Positions 27,957 to 37,317 of a stretch of DNA of 64,000 nucleotides are shown piece after piece. The notes beneath the pieces were generated by a model. That model was not told where the DNA came from and made no database searches. It worked only from the letters and a program-made list of their open reading frames with translations. Every line of letters begins with the position of its first letter. The stretch's first letter is position 1. This DNA comes from Pseudothermotoga sp. (lineage in GTDB: Bacteria; Thermotogota; Thermotogae; Thermotogales; DSM-5069): NCBI GenBank assembly GCA_031962025.1, contig JAVRKW010000005.1. One strand, given 5' to 3'. Made by a program: the position numbers and the translations under genes.

Positions 27957-29483
27957 TCATTCGACTTTTTCAATCATAGAAAGAAGCTGTTTGAAGTACC
28001 TTCTGATTAGAAAGATCAGAGTGGCGGTTAATACAATCGGTAAGCCAAGTCCAATCAGATCAACCAGCAGTTCTTTTTTAAAGAATGACAGAAGCGAGTG
28101 TTTACTGTACATGTACATGACCAATGGTAAAACAGAACCTATGGTCAGTGCAAAAACGATACCTTCAACGGCAAAGACATGCAAGGTATTCAGTATCCTG
28201 GACGGATTATTTATGATATTCTTTTCTCTTTCTTTTATGAAAAAGTGTATGCCAAGAACTGCCGCAAATGCAAACATGACGAATACCACAGGAATGATGA
28301 AATAAAAAGTCCAGGAAAGTTTGAAATAGATCTGCAAAAAGATAGAGAGAATCATCGTCACTAATGAATAAAGACCGGCAGGGATGATCATCTTTGGCAC
28401 AAGGATCTGGGAGATGGTCAATGGCATGATTTTTGCAAGCGGCCAGGCAAGAAATTCCTGTTTCATAAGCATTGCCGAGCTCATCGAAACATACATCGTA
28501 CTTATGAATATCAATATGAAAAGAGGGCTCATGAAAGATTTTGTTGTAAATGAGAAGATCAAACCTATAGCTATTGGATAAATAATCATGAATACTCCTT
28601 GCTCATATCTGAAAAGAAGTCTCAAATCTTTCGAATAAACTCCAGTATGAGAGAGACCCTTCTCATGTTTTTTTATCACCGCTTTGTCCTCAAAAGAGAT
28701 TTTTTCTGATACTTTCAACGATAAAGACCAGAGTGCAAAGGTTATGACAAAAAGCAAAATGATGTACACAGGATTGTCAAGGGAAAGTACGGGCCATACA
28801 AGCGGGTTGTATTCTGACAGCACTTTTTGCCCTGTTCTGGTCAAAAATGAAAAAGTAGTGGCGCCGATCTTTTGCGGTAATAACTGTGTTGCAACAAGGA
28901 ACAAAACCACCGCAATTAAAATGGAAAAGAAATTCATCCTTCGCGCTGTTGATCTGTTCATCCAAATACCCACGACAGCTGCAATGAGGATTGAAAGAAA
29001 AATAAGAGCAAAGCACATGAGAAGAGCTGAAATAACTGAGATGAACAGATTTTTCCCAACACCTATGGCATACGCTGGCATGATGAAAAGATACATCACC
29101 ACAGCAAAAGATTGAAAGATCAATGTGAGAACCGCCTGGTAAAAAACTATCGTTGATCGTCTCACGGGCATTGTTAAAAGAAGCTGTATCTCTTCATTTC
29201 TGACAAAAGAATTCACCAGACTCGGTACAAAAGAAAGAATGAACACACCCGCCATCATAACAGACCAGTCTGCGACAAAAATAGTCGCAAAGTTTATACC
29301 GTTGATATTGACATCTTTGTACACTTTGAAAAGATCAGCAAATAGAACTCCAATGGGAACTCCGTATCCAATCACGGCTATCAGCGGCAAAAGCAAACCG
29401 GATATGGATTTTCTGGTTTTGGTTGAAGATTTACTTGAAGAACCTTTCAGACCGTATTTGAGCAGTATTATTAACTCTCTCAT
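27957..29483 (-). CDS. ABC-2-type exporter permease
   Basis: Many TM segments; directly downstream of an ABC ATPase. Confidence 0.75.
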   Translation of the reverse strand: MRELIILLKYGLKGSSSKSSTKTRKSISGLLLPLIAVIGYGVPIGVLFADLFKVYKDVNINGINFATIFVADWSVMMAGVFILSFVPSLVNSFVRNEEIQLLLTMPVRRSTIVFYQAVLTLIFQSFAVVMYLFIMPAYAIGVGKNLFISVISALLMCFALIFLSILIAAVVGIWMNRSTARRMNFFSILIAVVLFLVATQLLPQKIGATTFSFLTRTGQKVLSEYNPLVWPVLSLDNPVYIILLFVITFALWSLSLKVSEKISFEDKAVIKKHEKGLSHTGVYSKDLRLLFRYEQGVFMIIYPIAIGLIFSFTTKSFMSPLFILIFISTMYVSMSSAMLMKQEFLAWPLAKIMPLTISQILVPKMIIPAGLYSLVTMILSIFLQIYFKLSWTFYFIIPVVFVMFAFAAVLGIHFFIKEREKNIINNPSRILNTLHVFAVEGIVFALTIGSVLPLVMYMYSKHSLLSFFKKELLVDLIGLGLPIVLTATLIFLIRRYFKQLLSMIEKVE

Positions 29484-29486
29484 CTT

Positions 29487-30254
29487 CTAAAGCTCCTTTA
29501 CTATGGCTTCGATGTCCTTTTCATCGGCAGTCAGTTGAAGGAAAATATCTTCGAGACTTGCCTGTGTTTTGTTCGATGCACTTCTCAATTCTGCAAGTGT
29601 TCCTTCTGCAATGAGTATGCCCTTGTTGATTATCCCTATTCTTGTACACATCTTTTCTGCAATCTCAAGAACATGAGTGGTCATAAAAACGGTGCAGCCT
29701 TCGGAGGAATATTTCTGTAAAAGCATTTTCAGAATCTTTGCCGATTTGGCGTCCAGTCCTACCGTTGGCTCGTCTAAGAATAGAATCTGCGGTCTTCTCA
29801 TTAAAACACTCACAAGATAGAGTTTTTGTTTCATACCGTGTGACATATCAGAGATCGTTTTTTCAAGGTAATTCACCTCAAAAGCTTGACACAGTTCTTC
29901 GATTCGTTCTTTTGTTTTTTTTCTATCCAGTCTGTAAATCTCAATTATGAAATCCAAAAACTCAAAACCTTTCAAATTGGGATATATCCTTGGTTCATCG
30001 GGAACAACGCCAATTCTCTTTTTTATCTCCAGCTCTTTTCTGTCAAGATCAAGACCGAGTATTTTCACCTGACCACTGGTTGGTTTCAGTGTTCCTGTCA
30101 GCATCCTTATAGTTGTCGTTTTTCCAGCACCGTTCGGTCCAAGAAAGCCATAGATCTCTCCTTCATTTATCGATAAGTTAATGCCATTAACCGCTCTGAA
30201 AGTGCCGAACTCTTTGACCAGATTTTTTGCTTCAACAGTGACATTCATTTTCAT
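29487..30254 (-). CDS. ABC transporter ATP-binding protein
   Basis: GPNGAGKTT, MSHGM and LDEP motifs. Confidence 0.93.
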   Translation of the reverse strand: MKMNVTVEAKNLVKEFGTFRAVNGINLSINEGEIYGFLGPNGAGKTTTIRMLTGTLKPTSGQVKILGLDLDRKELEIKKRIGVVPDEPRIYPNLKGFEFLDFIIEIYRLDRKKTKERIEELCQAFEVNYLEKTISDMSHGMKQKLYLVSVLMRRPQILFLDEPTVGLDAKSAKILKMLLQKYSSEGCTVFMTTHVLEIAEKMCTRIGIINKGILIAEGTLAELRSASNKTQASLEDIFLQLTADEKDIEAIVKEL

Positions 30255-30264
30255 AACCTCCCGA

Positions 30265-31503
30265 CTATAGTTTTTCTGCCGCTAAAGCCGCGAGTTTTGA
30301 TCTTTCTCCTTTGGTCAGGGTGATGTGTGCAACCAGGGGATCTCCGATCATTCTCGAGGCAGCATAAACAAGCCCGTTGCTGTCTTTATCCAGATAAGGC
30401 GTATCGATCTGATATGGATCGCCAAGAAGTACTATCTTTGTGTTTTGTCCAGCTCTTGTGAGAATTGTTTTCACCTCATGTGGCGTTAGATTTTGTGCTT
30501 CATCAACGATTATGTACTGATCTGGTATGCTTCTTCCTCTGATAAAACTCAATGCGCTCAATTCCATTATTTCCTTTTTTAAGAATTCTTTCAGACTCAT
30601 TTGAACACGGTCAAAAAGAAACTCGAGGTTGTCCATTATTGGTTGCATCCATGGCTGGAGTTTTTCTTCCAGCGAACCTGGAAGATACCCGACATCCTTT
30701 CCCATCGTGACCAGTGCGCGTGTGGCTATGATTTTTTTGAATTTTTTCTCTTTCAGAGTTTTTTCAAGTGCGCATGCAAGTGCTATCAGGGTCTTACCGG
30801 TGCCTGCAACACCAACGAGTGTCACCAGGTTCACTTCATCGTCAAGCAGAGCGTCCATCGCAAATAATTGTTGCTCGTTTAACGGGTTTATTCCCCACAC
30901 GACGCTGGTCTGATTTATCAAAAGTTTTCTCGCAGATTTGTTTTTGATCTTGAAATAACCGTTGATTGCTTTGATGTATTCATTTTCTCTTGCATCGATC
31001 ATCTGACCTTCCTCAATCTGCTGAGCCAGTTCACTGTATCCCGTTGTCAGAGAGGAAAGATTTGATCTGTCAGTTAAATAGTCCTGGGCTATGATGCCAA
31101 GCGCAGATGCCTTTACTCTGAGGCTTATATCCTTGCTGACGAGAATGGTCGGTACGGAGGAAGTCCGTCCCAATCTTAAAACATAAGCCAAAATCCAGTT
31201 GTCCAGGTATTTTTCAAATAGAAACTCCGGTGCTTCTCTGCGACCATCAGTTATGGTCATCACACTTATAGATCCACCGTCCGGTAATCTTACACCTTTG
31301 GACAGATCACCTATCGTTCTGAGCTTATCCAGTTCTCTTATAACCTCTCTTGCAGATCTACCAACAGAGTCAGATCTTCTCTTGAGTTTGTCCAGTTCTT
31401 CCAGTACCGGCAGTGGCAGTACGATGTTGTTATCTTCAAAGGAATAAATGGCGTGAGGATCGTGAATCAGAACATTGGTGTCAAGAACGTAGTTCTTCAC
31501 CAT
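30265..31503 (-). CDS. PIN-PhoH fusion protein (PhoH2-like)
   Basis: VLDTNV PIN start; GVAGTGKT, RGRS, DEAQN and GDPYQID motifs. Confidence 0.92.
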   Translation of the reverse strand: MVKNYVLDTNVLIHDPHAIYSFEDNNIVLPLPVLEELDKLKRRSDSVGRSAREVIRELDKLRTIGDLSKGVRLPDGGSISVMTITDGRREAPEFLFEKYLDNWILAYVLRLGRTSSVPTILVSKDISLRVKASALGIIAQDYLTDRSNLSSLTTGYSELAQQIEEGQMIDARENEYIKAINGYFKIKNKSARKLLINQTSVVWGINPLNEQQLFAMDALLDDEVNLVTLVGVAGTGKTLIALACALEKTLKEKKFKKIIATRALVTMGKDVGYLPGSLEEKLQPWMQPIMDNLEFLFDRVQMSLKEFLKKEIMELSALSFIRGRSIPDQYIIVDEAQNLTPHEVKTILTRAGQNTKIVLLGDPYQIDTPYLDKDSNGLVYAASRMIGDPLVAHITLTKGERSKLAALAAEKL

Positions 31504-32063
31504 TCCTGTCCCCTCCAGTTGTGAAGAATCTCCAGAATTTGTGGTTCACTGAGTTGCTGCATCATCTTTATAAAAACTTTTGCGGTTACAAGTGCATCGT
31601 CCAAGGCTCGATGTGATGGTTTCTGGTATCCAAATCTCTGTGCAAGCCAGCTCAAAGTTTTTTTCTCACCGAACAAAATTTTTGACATCTCACGAGTGTC
31701 GATGTAGTTTATCGTGGGAGGGAAAACACCTATTTCCTTGGCTGATATATCTATGAAAGTCAAATCGAATTCAGCACGATGAAATACCATGATGGATTTT
31801 CTCATGAAGGATCTGATCTTTTCAAACACTTCGTCGATCATCGGCGCTGTCTCAATGTCCTGATTGCTTATCTTATGTATTCTCTCGACAGTCGCTGGTA
31901 TTTTTATTTTCGGATTGACGAGTGAGCTGTAAATAGATCTGTACAAGATCTTCTGTTTGTACACGGGAACCACGGCGATTTCAACAATTCTATCTCCACC
32001 AAAAGGATCTGTACCAGTTGTTTCTGTGTCCATCACACAGAATAGTTTATCCTGTAGGCTCAA
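31497..32063 (-). CDS. DEDDh 3'-5' exonuclease (DnaQ-like)
   Basis: DTETTG, HRAEFD and HRALDDA motifs. Confidence 0.9.
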   Translation of the reverse strand: MSLQDKLFCVMDTETTGTDPFGGDRIVEIAVVPVYKQKILYRSIYSSLVNPKIKIPATVERIHKISNQDIETAPMIDEVFEKIRSFMRKSIMVFHRAEFDLTFIDISAKEIGVFPPTINYIDTREMSKILFGEKKTLSWLAQRFGYQKPSHRALDDALVTAKVFIKMMQQLSEPQILEILHNWRGQEW

Positions 32064-32065
32064 GA

Positions 32066-32845
32066 TTATCTTCCTTTCACATGTACGTCGATTTGTGGGA
32101 ATGGAATAGTTATTTTCTGCGCATCGAATTGTTCTTTTATTCTTTTCGAAAGTGCATTGATGGCGTCAAAGTAATTTTCCCTTCTGACCCAAAAGAGCAC
32201 TTCAAAATCAATTGAGGAACTACCAAATCCACTGAATACTATTGAATTACTGACATTTTGTTTTTCGACAAGTGGTTCTTCGTCAATGCATTTTTTGAGT
32301 ATTTCAAGTACTTTTGACAGATCTGAATTGTATGATACAGAGACTTTCATGGATAACCTTCTGACCGGTCCTGGCCAGTAGTTTATCACCTTCTGATTCC
32401 AGACCTGCTTGTTTGGTATGACAACATTTTTTCCATCAAAGGTTCTTAAAATCGTATGATTGTAATTGACTATCTCGACAGTTCCAACCGTGCCATCGAT
32501 TTCAATGACATCTCCTTCTCTCAACTTTCCTGTAAGGAGTACCAGGATACCAGACATGAGATTTGACAACGGTTCCTGAAAAGCCAAACCCACTATGAAA
32601 CCACTCACGCCAAAAGCCGTCAAGTATGGTATCAAACTTATTCGCCAGATATTCAAAAAAACCATCAAGCTGATCAATGATATGATCGTTCCAATCAAAA
32701 GTTTGGCGGTATTCTTCATTTTGAATTCTTTACCGAGTCTTTCCATACTTTTGATTATTAGTCTGCACAGCAAGCGATAAATGGTGTAGCTAACCGCGAC
32801 CAGTACTATTGATTGAATGATTTGCAAAAAAAGTTGTTTGGACAC
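32066..32845 (-). CDS. mscS: Small-conductance mechanosensitive channel
   Basis: GLAFQEPLSN, IPNK and IPFPQ motifs. Confidence 0.9.
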   Translation of the reverse strand: MSKQLFLQIIQSIVLVAVSYTIYRLLCRLIIKSMERLGKEFKMKNTAKLLIGTIISLISLMVFLNIWRISLIPYLTAFGVSGFIVGLAFQEPLSNLMSGILVLLTGKLREGDVIEIDGTVGTVEIVNYNHTILRTFDGKNVVIPNKQVWNQKVINYWPGPVRRLSMKVSVSYNSDLSKVLEILKKCIDEEPLVEKQNVSNSIVFSGFGSSSIDFEVLFWVRRENYFDAINALSKRIKEQFDAQKITIPFPQIDVHVKGR

Positions 32846-32954
32846 TTAAAACCACTCCCTGTATTCAATTGTACTACATATCACATCTGATCACAATTTT
32901 GCGTTATAATAGCAGTTGAGGCTCATTATCATACAAGGAGGATGAACAACCCGC

Positions 32955-34421
32955 ATGGCGCTTCAGATATCCTCAAATAGAATTTACACGTTCATTTCAA
33001 GCTTCATAAGAGAATCGAGCAATGCGAAGGACCCGGAATCGCTTCTTCTTTCTCTCATAAGAATCGTTCAGAAATTCATCAACTGCCAGTGGGTTGCCGT
33101 ACTGGACAAAGGCTTAAAACTGAGAAAGTCAGATGTGAACGGTATATCGATCGAGCAGGATTTACTCGATATGATCAAATGGTCTATTGAGAAAATGTCG
33201 CCGACTTCTTTTATAAAAGATCAATCGACTATTCTGATATTCCCACTGATGAAGACCGACAGGGTTTTGGGTGTTCTGATCATAGCAGCGAGTGAAGAGC
33301 CGGTTTTCGAGATATTCGAGCTTATTCGCACTCTTGCCTTTCTTTCAGCTGTGGTACTTGAAAATCTCGATCTGTACAAGTCACTCGAAAAACAGCATCA
33401 GATCGTAGAGGAGACCATGAACTATATGCAGCAGATATTCAATTCCTTTCCACAGATGATTGTCGTTTTCAACTCACAGCTAAATCCTGTCTTTTCAAAT
33501 ATCCAGTACCTGGAACGTGAACAGGATTTGAAACTGACTGAGGCGATCAAAAAAATTGCAAATAATGTGCTGACAACGGGTTCTCGGCAGGTGAGCGAGG
33601 TAGAGTCTCACGGAGCTTTTTATTCAATAATAGCGGAAAAAATCGAATACGAAGGTGAAGCACAGGTATTGATATCCATAACAGATGTGACAAACACCAA
33701 AGAACTGGAAAAACTCAAAGCGATCGACAAGCTCAAAACGGATTTTGTTGCGAGTGTTTCTCATGAACTCAGGACACCGCTTGCAGCAATTAAAGCTTAT
33801 TCGGAAACTATACTTTCGAGTTTGAATGATCTTGACAAAGACACTCTAAATGACTTTATCCAGGTTGTGTACAAAGAGAGTCTCCATTTAGAGAGCTTGC
33901 TGGACGAACTGCTTGACTTTGCGAAGATTGAACAAAAAGCCATGACCCTTGAAAAGACGAAATTTGATTTAACAGAGCTCATTAAAGAGGTTGTACAGTC
34001 AATGATGGAATTTGCGAAGGGCAAAAATGTGAGGCTTGAATGTGATGTAAATGAACCTATTTTCATATCAGCGGACAAGAAAAGAATCAGACAGGTACTG
34101 ATAAATCTTGTGAGCAACGGTGTGAAGTACAGCAAAGAAAACTCAAATGATAAGTTCGTGAATATCTCAGCAAAAAACAACGGAAAATTTGTTTTGATAT
34201 CTGTCCGTGACAACGGAATAGGTATACCAGAGGAATATCAGCAAAAAGTCTTTGAGAAATTCTTCAGGGTTGGTTCTGCACTCGATTATAGAACGGAAGG
34301 CGCTGGAATAGGTCTGACCATAACAAAAGAAATTGTTGAACTGCACGGGGGTAAGATCTGGTTAGAGAGCAAAGTTAACCAAGGAAGTACATTCTATGTC
34401 CAACTGCCAGCAGGAGAGTGA
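32955..34421 (+). CDS. Cytoplasmic sensor histidine kinase (GAF/PAS-like input)
   Basis: SHELRTPL H-box; NLVSNGVKY, DNGIG and GAGIGL boxes; no obvious TM segment. Confidence 0.93.
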   Translation: MALQISSNRIYTFISSFIRESSNAKDPESLLLSLIRIVQKFINCQWVAVLDKGLKLRKSDVNGISIEQDLLDMIKWSIEKMSPTSFIKDQSTILIFPLMKTDRVLGVLIIAASEEPVFEIFELIRTLAFLSAVVLENLDLYKSLEKQHQIVEETMNYMQQIFNSFPQMIVVFNSQLNPVFSNIQYLEREQDLKLTEAIKKIANNVLTTGSRQVSEVESHGAFYSIIAEKIEYEGEAQVLISITDVTNTKELEKLKAIDKLKTDFVASVSHELRTPLAAIKAYSETILSSLNDLDKDTLNDFIQVVYKESLHLESLLDELLDFAKIEQKAMTLEKTKFDLTELIKEVVQSMMEFAKGKNVRLECDVNEPIFISADKKRIRQVLINLVSNGVKYSKENSNDKFVNISAKNNGKFVLISVRDNGIGIPEEYQQKVFEKFFRVGSALDYRTEGAGIGLTITKEIVELHGGKIWLESKVNQGSTFYVQLPAGE

Positions 34422-34424
34422 AGT

Positions 34425-35288
34425 ATGGAGTTACAGGATATTTTGATAAAGATAGATGAACTTCCAACACCTGATCCAATTGTTCAAAAGATCGTATCTG
34501 TTGCATCGGATCCCGATGCATCTGCAAAAGAACTTGCAGATGTCATCAGGCTGGATGCGAGTTTATCTGTTCGCATATTGAGGCTTGTAAATTCAGCCTA
34601 TTATGGTCTTCCGCGCAAAATAGTGGCACTGAACGAAGCTATAATGATCCTTGGTTTTAAAACTGTGAGAAACATAGCTTTGAGTATTTTCACGTACAGT
34701 TCTGTTTTGAAAAACAAAAAAACGTCTGGTATTGATCATTACCAACTGTGGAAACATTTTCTGGGTACAGCGGTTGGTTGTGAACTGCTCGCTCAGATGG
34801 TGGGATATCCCAACAAGGAAGAGTTGTTTATATCTGGATTGCTGCACGATATAGGAAAAGTAGCACTCGATTACATATTCCCTGAGGCTTTCAGCGCCGT
34901 TACAAAGCTCACAAAAAACCTGCAAATCTCTTTTTTGCAAGCAGAAGACAGGTTGAACCTACCAAATCACGCCATTGTGAGTGGAAAGATGATAGAAAGG
35001 TGGAATCTTCCTGAGATTGTCGTTCACTCTGCAAGTGGCCATCATGCACCAAACAATTTTTCAGAATCAGTTTATTCAGACGTGGTGGCTATCGTTCACA
35101 TAGTCGATTTTCTTGTAAACTTAATGAGGTATGGTGATTCTTACACATACGGCGGTCTGACCTTATCATCTTTTGCTTTGAATGTGCTTGGTATAAAACC
35201 GAGTTTTTTGAAAAACCTTGCAGACAAATTGAAGATTCGTCTTGCGGAGGCTGAAGATTTCTTGAAAATAGAACAGGAGGTGTCTTAA
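34425..35288 (+). CDS. HDOD domain protein
   Basis: LPTPD, LRLVNSAYYG and GLLHDIGK motifs. Confidence 0.9.
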   Translation: MELQDILIKIDELPTPDPIVQKIVSVASDPDASAKELADVIRLDASLSVRILRLVNSAYYGLPRKIVALNEAIMILGFKTVRNIALSIFTYSSVLKNKKTSGIDHYQLWKHFLGTAVGCELLAQMVGYPNKEELFISGLLHDIGKVALDYIFPEAFSAVTKLTKNLQISFLQAEDRLNLPNHAIVSGKMIERWNLPEIVVHSASGHHAPNNFSESVYSDVVAIVHIVDFLVNLMRYGDSYTYGGLTLSSFALNVLGIKPSFLKNLADKLKIRLAEAEDFLKIEQEVS

Positions 35289-35648
35289 ATGAGACCTGAT
35301 TACAGAAAAGCCATGATTGAATCTGAGATCACAAAATTAATTACCGAGGCATTGCGTGAGGCAAAAGATCCAAGATTGAAAGATCTATTGATAACTATTT
35401 CTCGTTCGGAACTTTCAAATGACAAAAGATTTGTCGATATCTACGTGAGCGTCATGGGAGATAGAGAAGAGAGAGCCAGAATCGTTGAGTATTTGAACAA
35501 GATCAAGGGATATTTCAGAACATATCTGGCTAACAACTTGGATCTTTACACAGCACCACAGGTGAGGTTCAAAGAGGATCCAGGAATAGAAGCGAGTGTG
35601 AGAATACAGGAACTTCTCGATAAGATCAAGGAGGAAAAAGATCGGTGA
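35289..35648 (+). CDS. rbfA: Ribosome-binding factor A
   Basis: KDPRL and APQVRFKED motifs; upstream of truB. Confidence 0.92.
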   Translation: MRPDYRKAMIESEITKLITEALREAKDPRLKDLLITISRSELSNDKRFVDIYVSVMGDREERARIVEYLNKIKGYFRTYLANNLDLYTAPQVRFKEDPGIEASVRIQELLDKIKEEKDR

Positions 35649-36571
35649 GCAAATCAGGAGTTCTGCTGGTTGATAAACCAGAAGGACCAACTTCACACGA
35701 TGTCGTCAATCAACTCAGGAAAATACTGAAGATGAGAAGGATCGGGCACGCAGGAACTCTCGATCCTTTTGCGAGTGGATTGTTGATATTGGGGATCGGT
35801 AATGGGACCAGAATCCTTGAATATTTGATGAATCACAACAAAGTCTATCAGGTCAAAATGCGACTTGGTATCATCACAGATACCTTTGATATCACCGGAA
35901 AAGTCGTGGAACAAAGACCTGTTAACTGCTCAACAGATCAGATACTGGCAGCACTTAAATCTTTTATCGGAACGTATACTCAGATTCCTCCAGCCTATTC
36001 TGCCAGGAAATACAAAGGCGAGAAACTTTATGAACTTGCAAGACAGGGCAAAATAATAAGACTGCCGCCAAAGCAGGTAACTGTGTACAGAATAGAAGAT
36101 ATCGTGATCGATAAAAACGACATCTTTTTCACAACTGAAGTCAGCGCCGGCACGTATATACGTTCACTGTGCATGGACATAGGTTATTTGCTGGGTTGTG
36201 GTGCGACAACGCTGAAACTCAGAAGAGTTTCTATAGGTCCGTTCAAAGTCGATGAAGCTATTGATATCTTCAAAGTCGATCAATCAGAGATACTCGATCA
36301 TTTGCTGAACCTGTCAGATGTACTCAGTATGCCCAAGGTTCGTGTGAAAGAGTGCGGCTATGAAAAAATACTCAACGGTAATGCACTGAGAGTGAATGAT
36401 GTGGAAGAATTCGAAGAATTCCCCAAGAATTGTTTGGTACAGATAATATACAAAAATCAGCTCATCAGTATAGCGAAATCTGAACGCGCTTCGACATTTG
36501 TAAGAACTCTGATTGAACAGAATCGAAATGAACCGCTGTTCAAACCAATAAAGGTCCTGAAGGAGAATTGA
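35645..36571 (+). CDS. truB: tRNA pseudouridine(55) synthase
   Basis: DKPEGPTSHD, GHAGTLDP and GTYIRSL motifs. Confidence 0.96.
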   Translation: MSKSGVLLVDKPEGPTSHDVVNQLRKILKMRRIGHAGTLDPFASGLLILGIGNGTRILEYLMNHNKVYQVKMRLGIITDTFDITGKVVEQRPVNCSTDQILAALKSFIGTYTQIPPAYSARKYKGEKLYELARQGKIIRLPPKQVTVYRIEDIVIDKNDIFFTTEVSAGTYIRSLCMDIGYLLGCGATTLKLRRVSIGPFKVDEAIDIFKVDQSEILDHLLNLSDVLSMPKVRVKECGYEKILNGNALRVNDVEEFEEFPKNCLVQIIYKNQLISIAKSERASTFVRTLIEQNRNEPLFKPIKVLKEN

Positions 36572-37317
36572 GAATGACAAAATACGTGATGACAATAGGT
36601 GTATTTGACGGTGTTCACATGGGACATCAGCAATTACTCAACACCGTCAAGCAAAATTCGGTGAAATACGGATACAAAAGCAAAGCTTATGTCATTTCCT
36701 ATCCTTTTGAATACTTTTCCGATGATTTTGACGGTCTCATCATGCCTTTAACTGCAAGGGTTCTGCAGATATCCAAATTCGTCGACGAAGTTGAAGTACT
36801 CGATCTTCTTGAGATTAAAGACATGACTGCAGAGGAGTTTTTCGACAGATACATAGTCCAAGATTGTTCTTTTTTAATCGTGGGAGAAGATTTCAGATTC
36901 GGAAAAGGCGCATCAGCGGATGTTGCAAGATTAAAGCAAATGTGTGACATAAATGCGATCAATTTTGAAGTTTTTCCACAAGTACTCGATTCGAAAAATA
37001 GAAGGATAAGTAGTTCTTTGATAAGAAAGCTCATCAAAAACGGTGATTTACTGGAAGCTTCAAAACTTCTGGGTAGGGATTTTTCGATCTATGGATTTAC
37101 TCAAGAAACAGCCGAAAGAGTTGTTTTTGTAAACATCGACGATAGGATCGTCAGACCAGCCAAGGGAGTTTTTCAAGCGTTTGAAAAAAATTTCAAGATG
37201 AACGGTATTGTGAGATTCAATGACAGGATTGCCTTTGTCTGTGAAAATTTTCGTGCTGCTTCTCATACCGCACTGGAGATAGTCTTGTCTGAAAGGCAAG
37301 AGGGGGATGAAAGATGA
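36568..37317 (+). CDS. ribF: FMN adenylyltransferase (RibF N-terminal domain) with a degenerate kinase domain
   Basis: GVFDGVHMGH, GEDFRFG and ISSSLIR present; riboflavin kinase PTAN motif absent. Confidence 0.75.
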   Translation: MRMTKYVMTIGVFDGVHMGHQQLLNTVKQNSVKYGYKSKAYVISYPFEYFSDDFDGLIMPLTARVLQISKFVDEVEVLDLLEIKDMTAEEFFDRYIVQDCSFLIVGEDFRFGKGASADVARLKQMCDINAINFEVFPQVLDSKNRRISSSLIRKLIKNGDLLEASKLLGRDFSIYGFTQETAERVVFVNIDDRIVRPAKGVFQAFEKNFKMNGIVRFNDRIAFVCENFRAASHTALEIVLSERQEGDER

